Positions 1-12,937 of a stretch of 64,000 nt of DNA are shown piece after piece; the stretch's first letter is position 1; each line of letters opens with the position of its first letter. The notes beneath the pieces were generated by a model. The model saw nothing but the letters and a program-made list of their open reading frames with translations. It had not been told where the DNA came from and searched no databases. The position numbers and the translations under genes were made by a program. This DNA comes from Chlorokybus atmophyticus (lineage: Eukaryota; Plantae; Mesostigma and Chlorokybus algae): positions 273,582-337,581 of the forward strand of contig RHPI01003788.1 of assembly GCA_009103225.1 (NCBI GenBank), given 5' to 3'.

Positions 1-580
1 ACTTGTTTGTTACTTATCAGGCCTTAACACGTGACTACACATAATTAACAGGCGCCTGTTAGTTTCTTATCAGGCCTTATCAGGTGACTACAACTAATTA
101 ACGGGCACCTGTAAATTACACATCCGTCTTACTTAAGTGACTTAGCCTATGTGACAGGCACCTGCAGGTTACACACCAGTCCAGCGCAGACGATTAAGCC
201 TAATTCACAAGCACCAACTAGGTAAATATCAATAAAATAAGGCATTCTTTAAGCAACTGAAGGTGACCAATGCCTAACTGTCGCTATATGTATTTGCATA
301 GTATGACTACAAGCGACTGTCACTGATTGCCAGCATCGCGATGTGCCTGTGTTGTGTACAAGTACCAGAAATGTGTACAGGGTCTTTCAGTTACTTGCCA
401 AGGCTTGTAGTTCGATTATGTGACTTGAATGCCTGCAGTTCTGTTGTATATCATAGGGATGCAAGTATTGACATGCATGAGCATAATGACGATTGATTGA
501 GCTGGTTTAAGATGCACAACACTCAGTCACAAGAGCCTTGCAGCTATGTACACTTCCAGCTAAACGGACTACCAAGTGCG

Positions 581-1647
581 CTACAGCTCCTCTCCATCAT
601 CGCTTTGCTCGTCATCATGAAACAAAGCACCACGCGCTGGGGCCTGTGGAGGAAACGCCGGAGCTTGCTCTTCCTCCTCAAACGGTTGTGCCAGCCAATC
701 AAATGCCGCTTCTGCCTCAGCGAGCGGGTCACGAGCTGCTGTCTCTTGCGGCCCGCGCTGATTGGGATCTTTCAGGTATTCGACACAAGATGCAGTGCGG
801 CGTTTCACAAGGGTGAATGGCTGGAGGGCTGCGTACCGTTGCCTCATCTCCCGCTTCATTGACATGATCATGGTGTTGATTTTGCAGGGGTACTTGTCAT
901 GTGTGTCAATGCTAGCAGCTACGAGAGGGTCTCCATCCTTGCCCTTTAGGATGCACTCCTGCGTAGTTGATAGGCATGTCTTGATGGCATCGAAAGCCAC
1001 TATTCGCTGCAGCGCGTCTGCAAGCCTGTAGTGTGGGGCTATTGCATTCCTAAATTGCTAATGATTAAATTCAGAGTGCCCACCGTAAGCAATAGGTATG
1101 CGAGGTGGTTAACTGTCAGCTGCCGGCGACCAGGTGTAGTGACGGCGTAAGACCAGCATTGCACGATCATTTGCTAGATTATGGGATTGCCCCATTCATG
1201 GATATCTCCTCCGCTCCAGGTCTGCATTGTCGGTCACCTCAAATCTCCGCCAAGACTTGTCTGCGACAGTTATACCAACAAGGCATTAATCACGATATAG
1301 ATAGTTCAAGTTGAGCCTGCACCAGGCTAGAATGGTGCATGTGACTTACTTTAGAGCGCGTTGCGCATCTGGGCTTTTTGGGTCTCGGGGTCCATTAGGG
1401 CGTCGATGTGCCTGATTAAATCGGTTTTTATAGGCGAGATGCGTACGTGTGTATGGAGGCTGAGTAAGAAGGCAGTGTTGCATAGCAGACATGGTGGTGA
1501 GGGACCCAACTCACTTGCGCTTGTTGCTTTCAAACAGTGTCCACTTGTTCTCCTTCTTAAGGACATGCTTGATCTTGGTGACGTTCTCAGACCGGACCTG
1601 CGTAGTTTTCTTCAAGGCGACACTCCAGTGGAAAAGATGCGTGTCAC
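581..1647 (-). pseudogene. Spliced, decayed gene of unknown family (4 visible exons)
   Basis: Minus-strand segments 1647-1515, 1459-1350, 1316-1131 and 1025-581 are bounded by AG/GT and join in largely consistent phase (DTHLFHWSVALKKTTQVRSENVTKIK...LHTHVRISPIKTDLIRHIDALMD...RAMLVLRRHYTW LADALQRIVAFDAIKTCL...). There are 3 in-frame stops and about one 1-nt indel, and one intron is only 33 nt. No family recognised. Confidence 0.45.
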
Positions 1648-2485
1648 CTTGCAATAGGTAGGCAAAATGACCACAACTTGACTTGCAATCAGCCGTTCAC
1701 TTGTGTAGAGCAATCCAAACTCAATCCTCACTTAAGTACATGCTAAGGCAGCCCATACGGTCATCAAAGTCGCAACAGTGACGCACGCCCCTTCATGCAC
1801 AGCAACGCACAGCAACGAACACGTGCACACACACCACACAAGCAAGCATGTGCACAAGCTCATCTGCTCAGCCAAGAACCTCTTTCCAAAGGTGTTGCTT
1901 GCACTCCAGTAGGTCAACTTGCATCCAACCAAACTAGGAAACAAACTAGCAAAGCCTTATATACCACCATTAAGCCCAAGCCCAACCAACTTTCCAACTA
2001 CCCTAACTGTCAGTCTGCACCACCATAGTAGCAGTCATGATGGCGTTGATAAGTAACGGTAGACGGTTAGGAAAGGCTTATTCAAGCTCATCGTCTTCAA
2101 GTACACTTCAAGATGCATCTTTTTGCGCCAACCCACGGCCAATCCGCCACTCCAATTGTAAGTTATGGCTTCTTAAGGTCACAACTCCAAAACAGCTGCG
2201 CGGGATACCATAATGATCCAAATATGCCGTCAGCTCGGTATCTGACTGTAGATACGCTTCAAACACACCTCCCTTACGTCCATGAGGACCCAAACATGAG
2301 TTCCCAACGAAAAACCAACACATAACCCCTGTAAAATGGCTATGAGAGCCGAACTCCCAAGGTCCAACCATGCCGCCAGCCCCGAGGGCCATGCACATGA
2401 CACTACATGCTCGCGCATGCTAGAGAGGAAGTGTGTGGGCGTTCACACTTTTCATTCGGAAGCGGAGTGTAGTGTGTTAGTGGAG

Positions 2486-5400
2486 ATGGAGGATGCTCGC
2501 ATGGAAGAGCTTCAAGCTGCCATCTTAGCATTGAGGGAAGAGCTTCATCACACTTAAGCAACGACACAAGCACAACGCGAGGCGTATGAGCATGCGATGG
2601 CGCGTGTACAAGTAAGTTCCTATTGCATCAAGCTTGCGCGTGCATGTAAAGGTGCCAAAGCCCAAGCCATTCAAGGGTTAACGTGATGGAGATGCAATAG
2701 ACGAATGGATTTTTCAAGTATCGTTCTGGTGGAAGCTCGCGGAGGTGCCCACGCATTTGCACGTAGAGGTTGCAGCGACATTGCGTGAAGGTGCATCACT
2801 TGTATAGTGGAGACATCGTTGTACGCGTGTTGCGTGGGTTGGCGCTATCATTGACCACCATGGAAGAGTTGGCTCTGGAAATCAGGCATCAGTTTGTTCC
2901 CGTGGAGAATGTGAAGGCCGCACACGCTGAAATTGCAGCCCTTGTGCAAACGGGGTCAGTGACGGCATACACGGCTATGTTTCAGCAGTTGGTGATGTCC
3001 ATACCCAACGTGACCGAGGAAAAGCAGTTGGACAGGTACACACGTGGTTTAAAACCTTAGGGACGCAAAAAAGTGGAGCTACGGGACCCTAAAACTTGAG
3101 CGGAAGCTATACGCATCACGGAGCGTCTCGACGCGTTGTACTTCAAGTCTTCTGAAACGAACGCTGACTGGAGGCGTGGAAGCAAGCAAGAGTGTGGTGA
3201 TCAGCCTAGGGGAAGCTTTCAACATGCATGGACACGCAGGGAATCAAGTTCACAACTTGCAAAGGATGGTGGAGCTGATTTTGGACCATCACCAATGGAG
3301 GTGGGTGCCGTACACACGCGTAACGGCGTGGCGAAGCACGGTGGACGTGGTGAGGCATGTAGCAGCGTGCACAAGTGTATTGTGTGCGGTTCGATAGAAC
3401 ATTTGGCGTGCAATTGCTCGAAGCGGCGCACGCAAACGTCTGCATCAGCTGGCAAAACATATCGCACACGACGCGTTAATGCAATGGAGGAAGATGGCGT
3501 GGAGGATCAGGGAAACGACTTCCCCCAATAGGTAAGGAAACTACTGCTGGGGATGAGGGGGAGCCTCACGCACAAATGAAGATTGTGACATCGCAACCAA
3601 GGAAGAAAATGGAGGTGGCTACGAACACGCCCATGGTGGTAAGTTATGCAAGTGAAGAGGCAACAAAGTACGTTGGGCTTCTGGCACGCATTTGCAATGA
3701 CCGATGACAATGGAGGGAGTGCAACCTTATAATTAATAATGGTGCAAACATCAACTTCATGAGTGAGGAGGTTGCACGGCGCTACGGTTGGCTTTCACCA
3801 TTACAAGGAGGAGAGTGAAACTTGCTGATAGGGAACCACCCTCTGGGGGGGGGGGTACCGTGCTGCGTTTTCAACCAAGGAGTTTTTTGTTCACATGGGG
3901 AAGTTAAAGGAGAATATGTGTTTCTGCTACATCACCCTACAAAACGGGTTTGATGGAATTTTGAGACTACCGTGGCTATGGCAACATAACCCATCCATCG
4001 TTTGGAGGAAGTGTGTGCTCACCATCAAGGGAAACAATAGAGAGTCCATTCAAGGTCTACGCGCGTGCTTTATCGAAGTAGAAAACCACTCTTGCAAGGA
4101 AAGCAAGAAGGGCTTTGTCATAGCTGCGTCAAACGTCGCTAAGGCAAGTATGCACACGCGTGTTGAGCACCTGCGAGGGGATAAAGCACCAGAAAGGCAC
4201 GGCACGCGCAGTTAGGTGGGAGTAGCATTGCTCAAGTTTCCTATGTGTAATTGAGGAGGCTGCTATCCCCACAAAAAGTGAAGGCTGCATGGTTGTGCGT
4301 GGTGCCTCAGAGCACATCAAAGTCAGCACCGAATCTGAGTGACTGCGCTGAGACATCCACGATGGACCCCGAGGTGTGCAAACTTGTTCCGGACTACCAA
4401 GATATCATGGTGGAAGGACTTCCAGCTGGTCTGCTACCCTCACGGAGCGTTGATCACCGTGTGGAGTTGATTGAGGGCGTGCACAAGCCACCCTACAGGC
4501 CTGTATATAAGTTGTCACCTTTGGAGTTGGAGGAGGCCGAGAAGCAGATAGCAGATGTTCTAAAGAGAGGTTACATCCGGCCAAGTCAGTCACCTTATGG
4601 TGCACCAATACTGATTGTGCGAAAGAAGAACGGGAGCCTGCGTATGTGCATTGACTACCGAGCGCTCAACACCATTACAAAGAAGAAGTGCTTTCCACTA
4701 CCGCGTATCAACGAGTTGCTGGAGCAGCTACAAGGTGCGCAGTACTTTACCACACTTGATCTTGTTGGAGGTTACCATCGGATCCGCATCACACCCTGAG
4801 GACGTGGAGAAGATAGCGATTTACACGCGCTATGGACATTATGAATAGTTAGTGATGTCGCTTGGGCTAACGAACGCGCCAGCAACGTTTCAGACATTAA
4901 TGAACAGCGTTTTTGCTGACTTGTTGGGTAAGGGAGTCCTCGTGTACCTTGACGACATTTAGTGTACTCAAAGACAAAGGACGAGCATGTGATCTTCTAC
5001 GGCGCGTGTTGCAGCGTTTACGCGAGCACAAGTTGTACGCTCAGCTACAGAAGTGCAAGTTTCTGCTACGCGAGGTGGAGTACCTGGCCCACATTGTGTC
5101 ACACGAAGGAATCAAGCCGGACCCCAACAAAGTGCAAGTGGTGCGCGACTGGTCTGCCCCGATCAACGTGAAGGAGGTAATGTTGTTCTTGGACCTTGCG
5201 GGGTATTATCGCAAGTTTATCATGGGATTTTCGCGCATTACGGCCCCTTTGACCACCCTACTGAAAAAAGGGAAGTCTTAGAGCTAGTTTACAAAGGAAG
5301 AGCATGCATTGGCTGCGTTGAGGAAGGCGTTTTTAGTATGAAATTGAGTGGAGCAGAGCTGAACTACCCTGTGCACGAGAAGGAGCTATTGGCGCAAGTG

Positions 5401-7127
5401 ATGGCGCTGCGACAATGGCGATGCTTTCTTGAGGGCAAAAGGTTCGTGCTGGAGCTCCAGCTCTCGAGACTGACCATTCCCCACTGAGGTACTTACAGAC
5501 ACAACCACATTTGAGCCGGAGACAAGCGCGGTGGTTGGAGTTCTTTCAACTTTTTGATTTTGAGATCGAGTACAAGCCCTGTACGTCCAATAGTGTGGCC
5601 GACGCGCTAAGCCGCTTGAATGCGATTCAAGCACTCGCTCAAGTGCAGCCAGAGTGGGCCGCCCAGATCCAACAAGTGCTTTGCGAAGACACAGAAGGTA
5701 GGAGAGTCTTGCGGGACATGGAGCGCACAGCAACGGACACAAGCGGACATTTGACAAAGCAAGACGGCCTACTATGGCTTTATGGCCGTTTGTACATCCC
5801 CAATGTTGCACATATACGCCTTCAACTTTTAAACGAAGCTTATGACGTACCCATTGCTGACCCTTAAGAAGTGGAGAGGACGTCAGCAAGCTTGAAACAA
5901 CGCTTTCACTGGCGGGAGATGCATCGTAATGTACGCGACTATGTGGCGTTATGCGACGCATGTAAAAGGGTGAAAGCAAGCAACCTCAAGCCAGGTGGGT
6001 TGCTACAACCTCTTCCCGTGCCATTGTCCAAGTGGGAGCAAGTTACTATGGACTTTATTACGGGGCTGTCGAAGACAACAGAAAGGTACGACGCAATACT
6101 CGTGTTCGTAGACAAATCAGCCAAATGGTACGCTTAGCACCGTGTTGTGAGTCTTGCACGGCACCAGAGGCAGCAAGCTTGTTTATAAAGCATGTCTTTC
6201 GTTCCCACGGACTACCATGAAGCATTGTGAACAATTGTGATCCCCGCTTCACAAGTAAGTTTTGAGAGGCGCTGCATAGTGCACTTGGTACGACCTTAAA
6301 GTTTAGCACGGCTTTCCACCCGCAAACCGATGGCGAAACGGAGCGAGCCAACCATGTGATTGAATATATGTTGCGCTGCTATTTGAATGCACGGCAAGAC
6401 AATTGGGCGGAGTTGTTGGAAGTGGTGGAATTTGCCATCAGCAGCCACACCAATGCAAACACGAGTGTCACCCCCTTTCCCATGAAACTACGGCCAACAC
6501 CGGCTGACACCGCTGACGGCGTGGACCCCGCGACGAGGTGACGCTGATGTGGAAGCAGTAAGGTTTTTTTTACAACGTGTGCGGACATCAATAAGGTGGC
6601 GAGAGAGGCGCTATTGGTGGCACAAAATAGGCGAAAACAGTACGCAGACGCGCTTCGCCGACATATCACATTTCGAGAAGGCGGCATGGTATTGCTTTTT
6701 GCGAGGAATTTACAGGTGCGTGCTGGAGTTCGCAAGTTAAGTGAGCACTGGCTTGGGCCATTTCAAGTCATCAAAGTGGTTTCGGACATGGCGTACAAGT
6801 TGCAATTGCCCGACTGTATGCACATCCATCCTGTCTTTCACATATCCTTGCTGAAATCATATCGAGGAGACCCACCATTGCGTCCACCGCCTGAGTTGGC
6901 TACGGAAGGTCATATCGAATATGAAGTAAAGAACATATTGGGTGAGAAGATGGTGTGCAACGTGCGCAAATACTTGGTGAAGTGGAAAGGCTACCTGATG
7001 CATGAAGCCACTTGGGAGCCAAAAGAGCACTTGGCAAATGCACAACATATCCTGCAACAGTATTTGCAACGACAATCAGAGAATCCTCGAGAGCTTCGAA
7101 GACGAAGCTCACCCAGGGGGGGAGGAG
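2486..7127 (+). mobile_element. Ty3/Gypsy chromovirus internal region, decayed (gag-PR-RT-RH-IN-chromodomain)
   Basis: Gag with CCHC knuckle CIVCGSIEHLACNC (3376-3417), degenerate protease INNGANINFMS, RT motifs (PSQSPYGAPIL, LRMCIDYRALN, YLDDI at 4945), partly deleted RNase H (NYPVHEKELLA), integrase (WEQVTMDFITGL, HPQTDGETER, GPF), chromodomain. Many stops and frameshifts. Confidence 0.95.
6917..7065 (+). other. Chromodomain at integrase C-terminus
   Basis: EYEVKNILGEKMVCNVRKYLVKWKGYLMHEATWEPKEHLANAQHILQQY matches the chromodomain pattern (YEV...YLVKWKGY...TWEP). Confidence 0.92.
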
Positions 7128-7567
7128 TGTAACAGTCGAGGCCAAGTTTCATGAATTTAGAACCTTTCTTGGCCCATTTATCGAGCACCACGTTTTCATG
7201 ACTTGTGGCAGATATCGGCGAGTTATGAGTCTGCAGCGGATTTCGACCGGGGCCCCATGATCAGTTCGGAAGGTGCCAGAAAACGGAGGGCCAGTCGAGA
7301 AGGGCTCGATCAGATTTCTGGAAGGGCCTGGCGCCAAGTAGTATAACTTGACCATATGAGCACCTAATCAGATGATCTTTAGTGCGTAAGAAACGTCTAG
7401 AAGTATACTACAAGGTTTAGCAATAGCATGTGCAGACTAGTAGGTATAACAGCGACATTGTACAATGTGCATTACAACCTTTGGCTCTCTGGTTTCTGGC
7501 GTGCAAGCTTGGTGGTGGTTAGCAGGGGTTGCTAGCGTGTGTCCACTGGTGTGTGCATGCTTGTGTT
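7115..7567 (+). repeat. Polypurine tract and start of the chromovirus 3' LTR (right boundary uncertain)
   Basis: AGGGGGGGAGGAG (7115-7127) is immediately followed by TGTAACAG (7128). No matching 5' LTR was found upstream of gag, so the end is a guess. Confidence 0.6.
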
Positions 7568-7944
7568 ACGATCCAAGGCGCTACACAAGTGGGTGTGTAG
7601 CTTCAAGCACACGCGGGTGCGTACGCGAGTGACGGGGCGCACGTGTGTGCTTGGCAGAGGGGGCAAGGTTCCGGTGTGCATACCGTGTCTTGGTGAGAGG
7701 GTTGTTGATTGGACCAACTCAAAAGTGACAAGGCACGAGCACCGTCATATAGGTGATAGCGATCTTGGAGCGAGGACCCGCGATGGTGGCCGCAATGCCA
7801 GGATGGGGTCATGTACAGTAAAGCCCTCCGACTACTGAGGCAAACGCCGCGCTTGCTTAAGATAACATGGTGTACGTGTTTGGTTGTGTGTTGAATGTGT
7901 ATTGTTGAGCAACTAGGTGTAACGCGGGGCTTGGCGAACGAGGT

Positions 7945-8480
7945 CATGGTAGCAAAAGTCGCTACCATGAGAGGTTGTGTATTGCTTATGATGCTTCATA
8001 AGCCCTTCTTAGCCTATTCCACATTAACCGGCATTACATTCAACCCGGCTTTAACCGCGATTTATTTTGCACGTCTTGGTCCTTTTTGACCGGCAGAGCT
8101 AGGTCGCGTCCGGTCATGACCAGAGCCTACCGGTCATGCCGCGTAGTTTTTCGCGGCGACTCGTTACGCGTGCAGGAGCGACACTGCGCGCCGACTCAGT
8201 CGACTTAACCGCACAGTTAAATTCGTTACCATTCTCACTAACCGCCTTGAATCGTTTTCAACGGTTGCAAAGATCTACCCACTCGCGCACTTCTTTGCGC
8301 GCGGTGGGGCTCGATCGAACGACCTTTAGAATATATGCTCCAGTTACCAATGCAATGGGGGGCTTAGCCGATTCGGCCATGGTAGCAAAATCCACGCCCT
8401 TGCGAGGTTGTGTATTGTTTATTTATGCTCCACAAGCTTTTCTTCTAGCCTATTTCACAGTAATCGGCATTTTATATCAA
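7945..8480. repeat. Diverged ~100-bp direct repeat pair (7945-8040, 8378-8480)
   Basis: Both copies read CATGGTAGCAAAA...GAGGTTGTGTATTG...TAGCCTATT.CACA.TAA.CGGCATT. The first copy begins with a 9-bp hairpin CATGGTAGC/GCTACCATG. Confidence 0.8.
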
Positions 8481-8657
8481 TGCTAATAAAGGATTCCAAT
8501 ATGAGATGTGTCGCAGGATCGAGGACGCGAGGAAAACTCGTGGATGGAATTGTTGTTCGTAAAACGCGCTGATCTTTACAATTTTTGCAACAACTGCTGC
8601 CACCATGTTGTCAAACCTTTGCCATCTTCGCGCGCAAGCTGTTATCAATACTTTGGC

Positions 8658-8800
8658 AACTACTCTATGTTACAATAATTCAATTTACCATGTTACAACG
8701 CACATGGTGCATTTACCGAGTTGTCAATAATTTGCTGACTAACTACTCTATGTTACTTGCATAATTTACCATGTTACAACGCACATGGTGCATTGACTCT
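8658..8800. repeat. ~83-bp tandem duplication
   Basis: AACTACTCTATGTTAC...AATTTACCATGTTACAACGCACATGGTGCATT occurs at 8658 and 8741. Confidence 0.85.
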
Positions 8801-9961
8801 ATTGTCAAATCTGTGCCAACAGCAAGCCTATGTTATTTGTGACATGTATGTTAACAATTATGTACTACATGTATATGCCATTGGTGTTGGCAAACGTTTG
8901 CCAACACGCACATCCTGTTGTTATGCGTACATCTATTGCTTTTGATGTTTTAAATCTAGCATGGAAGTGTTGTGCTAATCATATATACACATATTTCCCT
9001 TAAACTGCTGTACGACTGCCGGGACTCACAAGTGTGCTGTGCGAAAATGACACCACGCGACGGGTTCGGCAAACTTTGCCAATTACTCGGCGCGCAATAA
9101 GACGCTCCCGCCCACTACGCGCGCATGCTTGTAGAACGCCACTATCCTACTCCCATCAGAGCTACGGATATCCTGCTCCCATCAAAGCTACGGATGGGGT
9201 GGGATTTAAATGCACGGCCTACGACTTGGCCGTGGACCAAACGACTCGACCATTAAGGCACACAATTAAAGTCGCAAATTACTACATTCCATCATGTCAA
9301 CATCCCTGTTCAGCTGTAGCTCTTGTGTGGCCGATTTTCTAACGGCCGTAAACCCCGAGTATTGAAAAGTAGAAGTTGGGCCAAGCGCTATGCGCCGGGG
9401 AGTCTGCCGAGGACTCGGACGGGGTTAAAAAAGTTATTAGTCCATTATATATCAATTGTCTGTTAACTTACTGCTTATGCTGCTAGCTGCTCTCGCCATC
9501 CATTAGCTAGTCGTATGTGGCCTCAAGTTCATGGGCAGGCTGTGGGCTGTCAACAACCTGCTTAATATCAACCGCAGCTCCTTGCTTCGGCAAGGGTAGG
9601 GAACTCTGTTGGCTGTGACTGCGGTGCCTACGATTAGTGTTCCTCTTATTGACTGGTTGCAAGTTGACTCCCTGCTTGGTACCAATGTCCCTGGCAAACT
9701 TAACAGCCTTCTTGCTTGCCATTGGTATCGCGCCAGCATTTTGCCACAAAAGACACCGCTGAGCACACCGCCTCTTGGCGTTGTGCTTAGCGGTGGCGCT
9801 CGGAGGTGGTGCTGGCGAAGGGAGCTGGCGGCGGCGCTTTTGTCGGTGGCGGCGGCGCCGCCACCTACAAGAGCTCACACGGCACTGTTCCACGACGCCA
9901 GTCCAGTTATGGCGCGCAGCGTAGGGCTCATGGGTGGCCCCGTTGACGTACCGGCCCAATA

Positions 9962-10422
9962 TAGTCTACCCCGCCTAAGAGACTTCGTTTCAAGGGAATA
10001 ACCCCGCTAATAGCATAGAATATGAGATTACTAAACGTTTTACAGGCACATGTTGGTGCTTAAGAAAATATGCTTAACCGCGAAGAGCATATTTTTTTGT
10101 TGTGTAATTCTCGCAAGTTTTAGTGAGCGATATTCCAAGGTCGGGGGAGTAGTGCGTGACGGGTGTGGCATAATGCGTAACGCGCGTGATGAATATGGCG
10201 TGATGGTTGAGGTGTGACGCGCAACTAACGTGACGAGCGTGATGGCGCAACGGGCGTGGCATTATACGCTTGACGTAATGGGCGTGATGAAACCGCGCTT
10301 AAAGCATATTTATGCTCTTGACACCCAAGAGCATAATATGCTCTTGGACGTAAAAAGAATTACCCTGCCAAGAGCATAAGATAGCGGAGGATAAACAGTA
10401 TGCTCTTAAAGGGGGTAGACTG
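9962..10422 (+). mobile_element. pogo-type MITE, family A (461 bp)
   Basis: Termini (T)AGTCTACCCC...GGGGTAGACTG with TA on both sides (9960-61, 10423-24), internal AAGAGCAT/ATGCTCTT repeats, non-coding. Same length as, and closely similar to, 36377-36837. Confidence 0.93.
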
Positions 10423-10809
10423 TAATGGGCCGGCAACCAGGGTTTACTGGTCCCGTCGACATCGAGAGCGGTACAGGTGCTGGTCATTGACGGCGCCATC
10501 ACTGGTGCCAACACTTAAGCGCCCCTTGCGGCATTATGGCACCATCATTGTTTCTTCATACACGTCGAGACCGATATTGGTCCGGTCACTAATGGGTGCC
10601 ATATATGGCGCCGAACCTGGTAACGCCGATGTCCGGATGACTGTTCTGGACCGAAGAGGACCAAAATCAAGATGACTGTAACCTCGTTGCATTCTACTAC
10701 TGGTACAGCTGGTACAGGTATATATCAAGTGGCGCCGGCGCTACACCGGTGCTGGGTTGGACATCTGACCGTGAGATCAGGATCAGCCAGTGTGTCTGTC
10801 AGTGCTGTA

Positions 10810-11990
10810 TGGCATACAGTTGACAACTCGACAGCCCCTTAAACATAGCAACATCACTCTGAAGGATAAGAAGCGCATTCATGAGTTGTATCATGAAATG
10901 TGTACCAACTCCACCGTCAAGCAAGCGGACTTCATCGCCAACATGAAGGCAAGTTGAAGTTAGTTATCAAACAGAGTGCCTTGTCCAAGTTGTTGCATAG
11001 TTGTAACAAGATAGTGGACACGTCACCCCAAGGAGGAAACCTTGCTGCACCTACAAAGCGAATGCGTCTTGCCGCTCATCCCAAGTTTGAGGAAGCTATG
11101 TACACATGGTTTACACAAACTCATGCTCGCAATGCCACCATCACGGATCAGATCTTGATAGGGAAGAGTCTAGACTTTGCTAGCAAACTTGGCATAAAAA
11201 CTGTAATGCATCACATGGGTGGGTGCAACGATTTAAGCAACGCCATGCCATACCTGTAAAAGCTCCGCACGGTGCAGCGAATGATGCAGCTGAAGAGGGG
11301 GTGGATATGGCCCGCGCAGGCTTGCCGAAAATTCTTGAGGAGTATGACCCCCGCAACACATTCAACATGGATGAGAGTGGCGTGTTCAATAGAGCCCGCC
11401 CTCGTCGCACACTAGTCACTGCCAGCGAGGAAGCTCGAAGGGGGAAGAGAGAAGGATAAATTCATGGTGGCGCTGTGTGTGAATGCAGACGGGTTTAAGA
11501 AGTTGCCACACTTCCATTCATTGGTACATGAAAAAGAACAAAGTCTTTCGGGAGCACATGAACTCTCATTTACGTTGGCATTGAGTACGAGAACAACAAG
11601 AATGCTTGAATGAATGCGGAGGTAAGGTGTTGTCAACTGCAAGTTTAATTATGTATGTGGCATGCAATGGACATTATATGTTGTGCTGATCTTTTTGCCG
11701 CTGGTTGTGCAACTTCGCCTTTCAGATGAAGCTGCAGAAGTGCAAGGTTCTGCTGCTGCTGGACAACTCCTCGACACACGCCTGCAAGTATGGTGTGGTG
11801 GGCACGGAGAAGGGGTTTAAGACGCTGGAGGTGGACAACGTGAAGTGCCTGTTCCTGCCTCCCAACACGACCAGCATGCTTCAGCCTTTAAACGATAGCA
11901 TTATTGCAGCGTTTAAAGCCAGGTACACATTGCTTTCCTCGCAATTGCTGCATTGCTCTGATAAGCAGCAAGCTAATCAATTATGAAAAC
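10810..11990 (+). pseudogene. Decayed pogo/Tigger-like transposase (CENP-B-type HTH + DDE_1)
   Basis: ITLKDKKRI HTH, HPKFEEAMYTWF, FNMDESGVF, LLDNSSTH, FLPPNTTSMLQPLNDSIIAAFKARY; frameshifts and stops; runs into the N gap at 12033. Confidence 0.9.
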
Positions 11991-12289
11991 TTGTGAGAAA
12001 CTTTGCGCCGCCGCCCCCCCCCCCCCCCCCCCNNNNNNNNNNTCCTGCTGCTTGCAGCCCTAGCAGCGCGCATGGCCGACATGGCCGCCGCCGCCGCCGC
12101 CGCCGCCGCCGGGCCAGTCGGTTACTGTGAGAGGCGACGGGAAGCCGCAGAGTTACGCATCAGTTACGCTGCGTCGCGTAACTGACGCGACGCAGCGTAA
12201 CGCCGCGCATAAATAGTACCCCCCTCGTCTAATAACTCCCCCCCCCTAATACAACACCCCCCCTAAAATATTAGGGGGGGGGCTTTGTT

Positions 12290-12321
12290 TGTAGGGGGGG
12301 GTTGTATTCGCACAAATACGG
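12290..12321 (-). repeat. Terminal inverted repeat-like end of a Tc1/mariner-pogo element (CCGTATTT type)
   Basis: The reverse complement reads TA-CCGTATTTGTGCGAATACAACCCCCCC, resembling CCGTA-type pogo/Tc2 TIRs. The partner end is not visible (assembly gap upstream). Confidence 0.55.
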
Positions 12322-12410
12322 TACGCTCAATCAGTGTAATTTCAATCCAGTACTACGCCCTCTTTCACCCCGAATACAATTACCCCCATAACACACGGAT
12401 TGACGTTCAA

Positions 12411-12937
12411 GGACCATGAATGGTCCGTGACGCAGGACCGGGATTTCCCCCTGCTAAATGAAATCGGTGGACCTTGCATGGTCTGTTTGTCATTGACAGT
12501 CGGACCATTCATGGTCCGAATTTCACGTGAATGGTACCATTGTCCCTTGGTACGCACCACTTAAGGTCCGGCCGATTACTGTTGCGTCAGGACCAGATAT
12601 GGTCCGGCCATCGGACCAGGGACTAAATCATATCATTACAAAACTTCAATTATAACTGGTCCGGCCAGCGGACCATGGACCGAAATTTATTATGGACCAA
12701 TGTCAATATGAGTGCAAATGCAGTAAAAGTTGACACATCTTTGCCGGCGGCACCGGCCACGCCCAACCTGCGGCGCACGAGGCCGCGGCCAGCTCCGCGG
12801 CGTTAGTGGAATGATTAGTCAAGAACACACGCATCGGCCGGATTCGAACCCAGCACCTTTAGCATATCAAAGACGACGCCCTAACCACTAAGCTACAAAC
12901 CACGTGCCGGTAGGGTCGCATGGCAACCTATATCATG
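12411..12937. repeat. GGACC-rich interspersed repeat, copy 1 (adjoins left end of the pogo insertion)
   Basis: About 520 bp colinear with 17068-17585. Similarity resumes briefly (TATGGTGT) after the pogo right end at 16392. Confidence 0.92.
12831..12903 (-). pseudogene. tRNA-derived sequence with intact Pol III A and B boxes (copy 1)
   Basis: Minus strand TAGCTTAGTGG (A box) ... GGTTCGAATCC (B box) at tRNA spacing. Acceptor, anticodon and T stems pair poorly, so not a functional tRNA. Confidence 0.75.

Noticed and set aside
1700-2480. Candidate 5' LTR and PBS of the chromovirus
   Set aside because: No similarity to the sequence after 7128; TGGCTATGAGAGCC at ~2336 only loosely resembles a Met PBS and has no CA end before it.
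7564-7867. Possible solo LTR TGTTA...TAACA
   Set aside because: The flanks (GCTTG vs TGGTG) give no TSD.
12831-12903. Functional tRNA gene
   Set aside because: Acceptor, anticodon and T stems do not pair properly; kept only as a tRNA-derived sequence.
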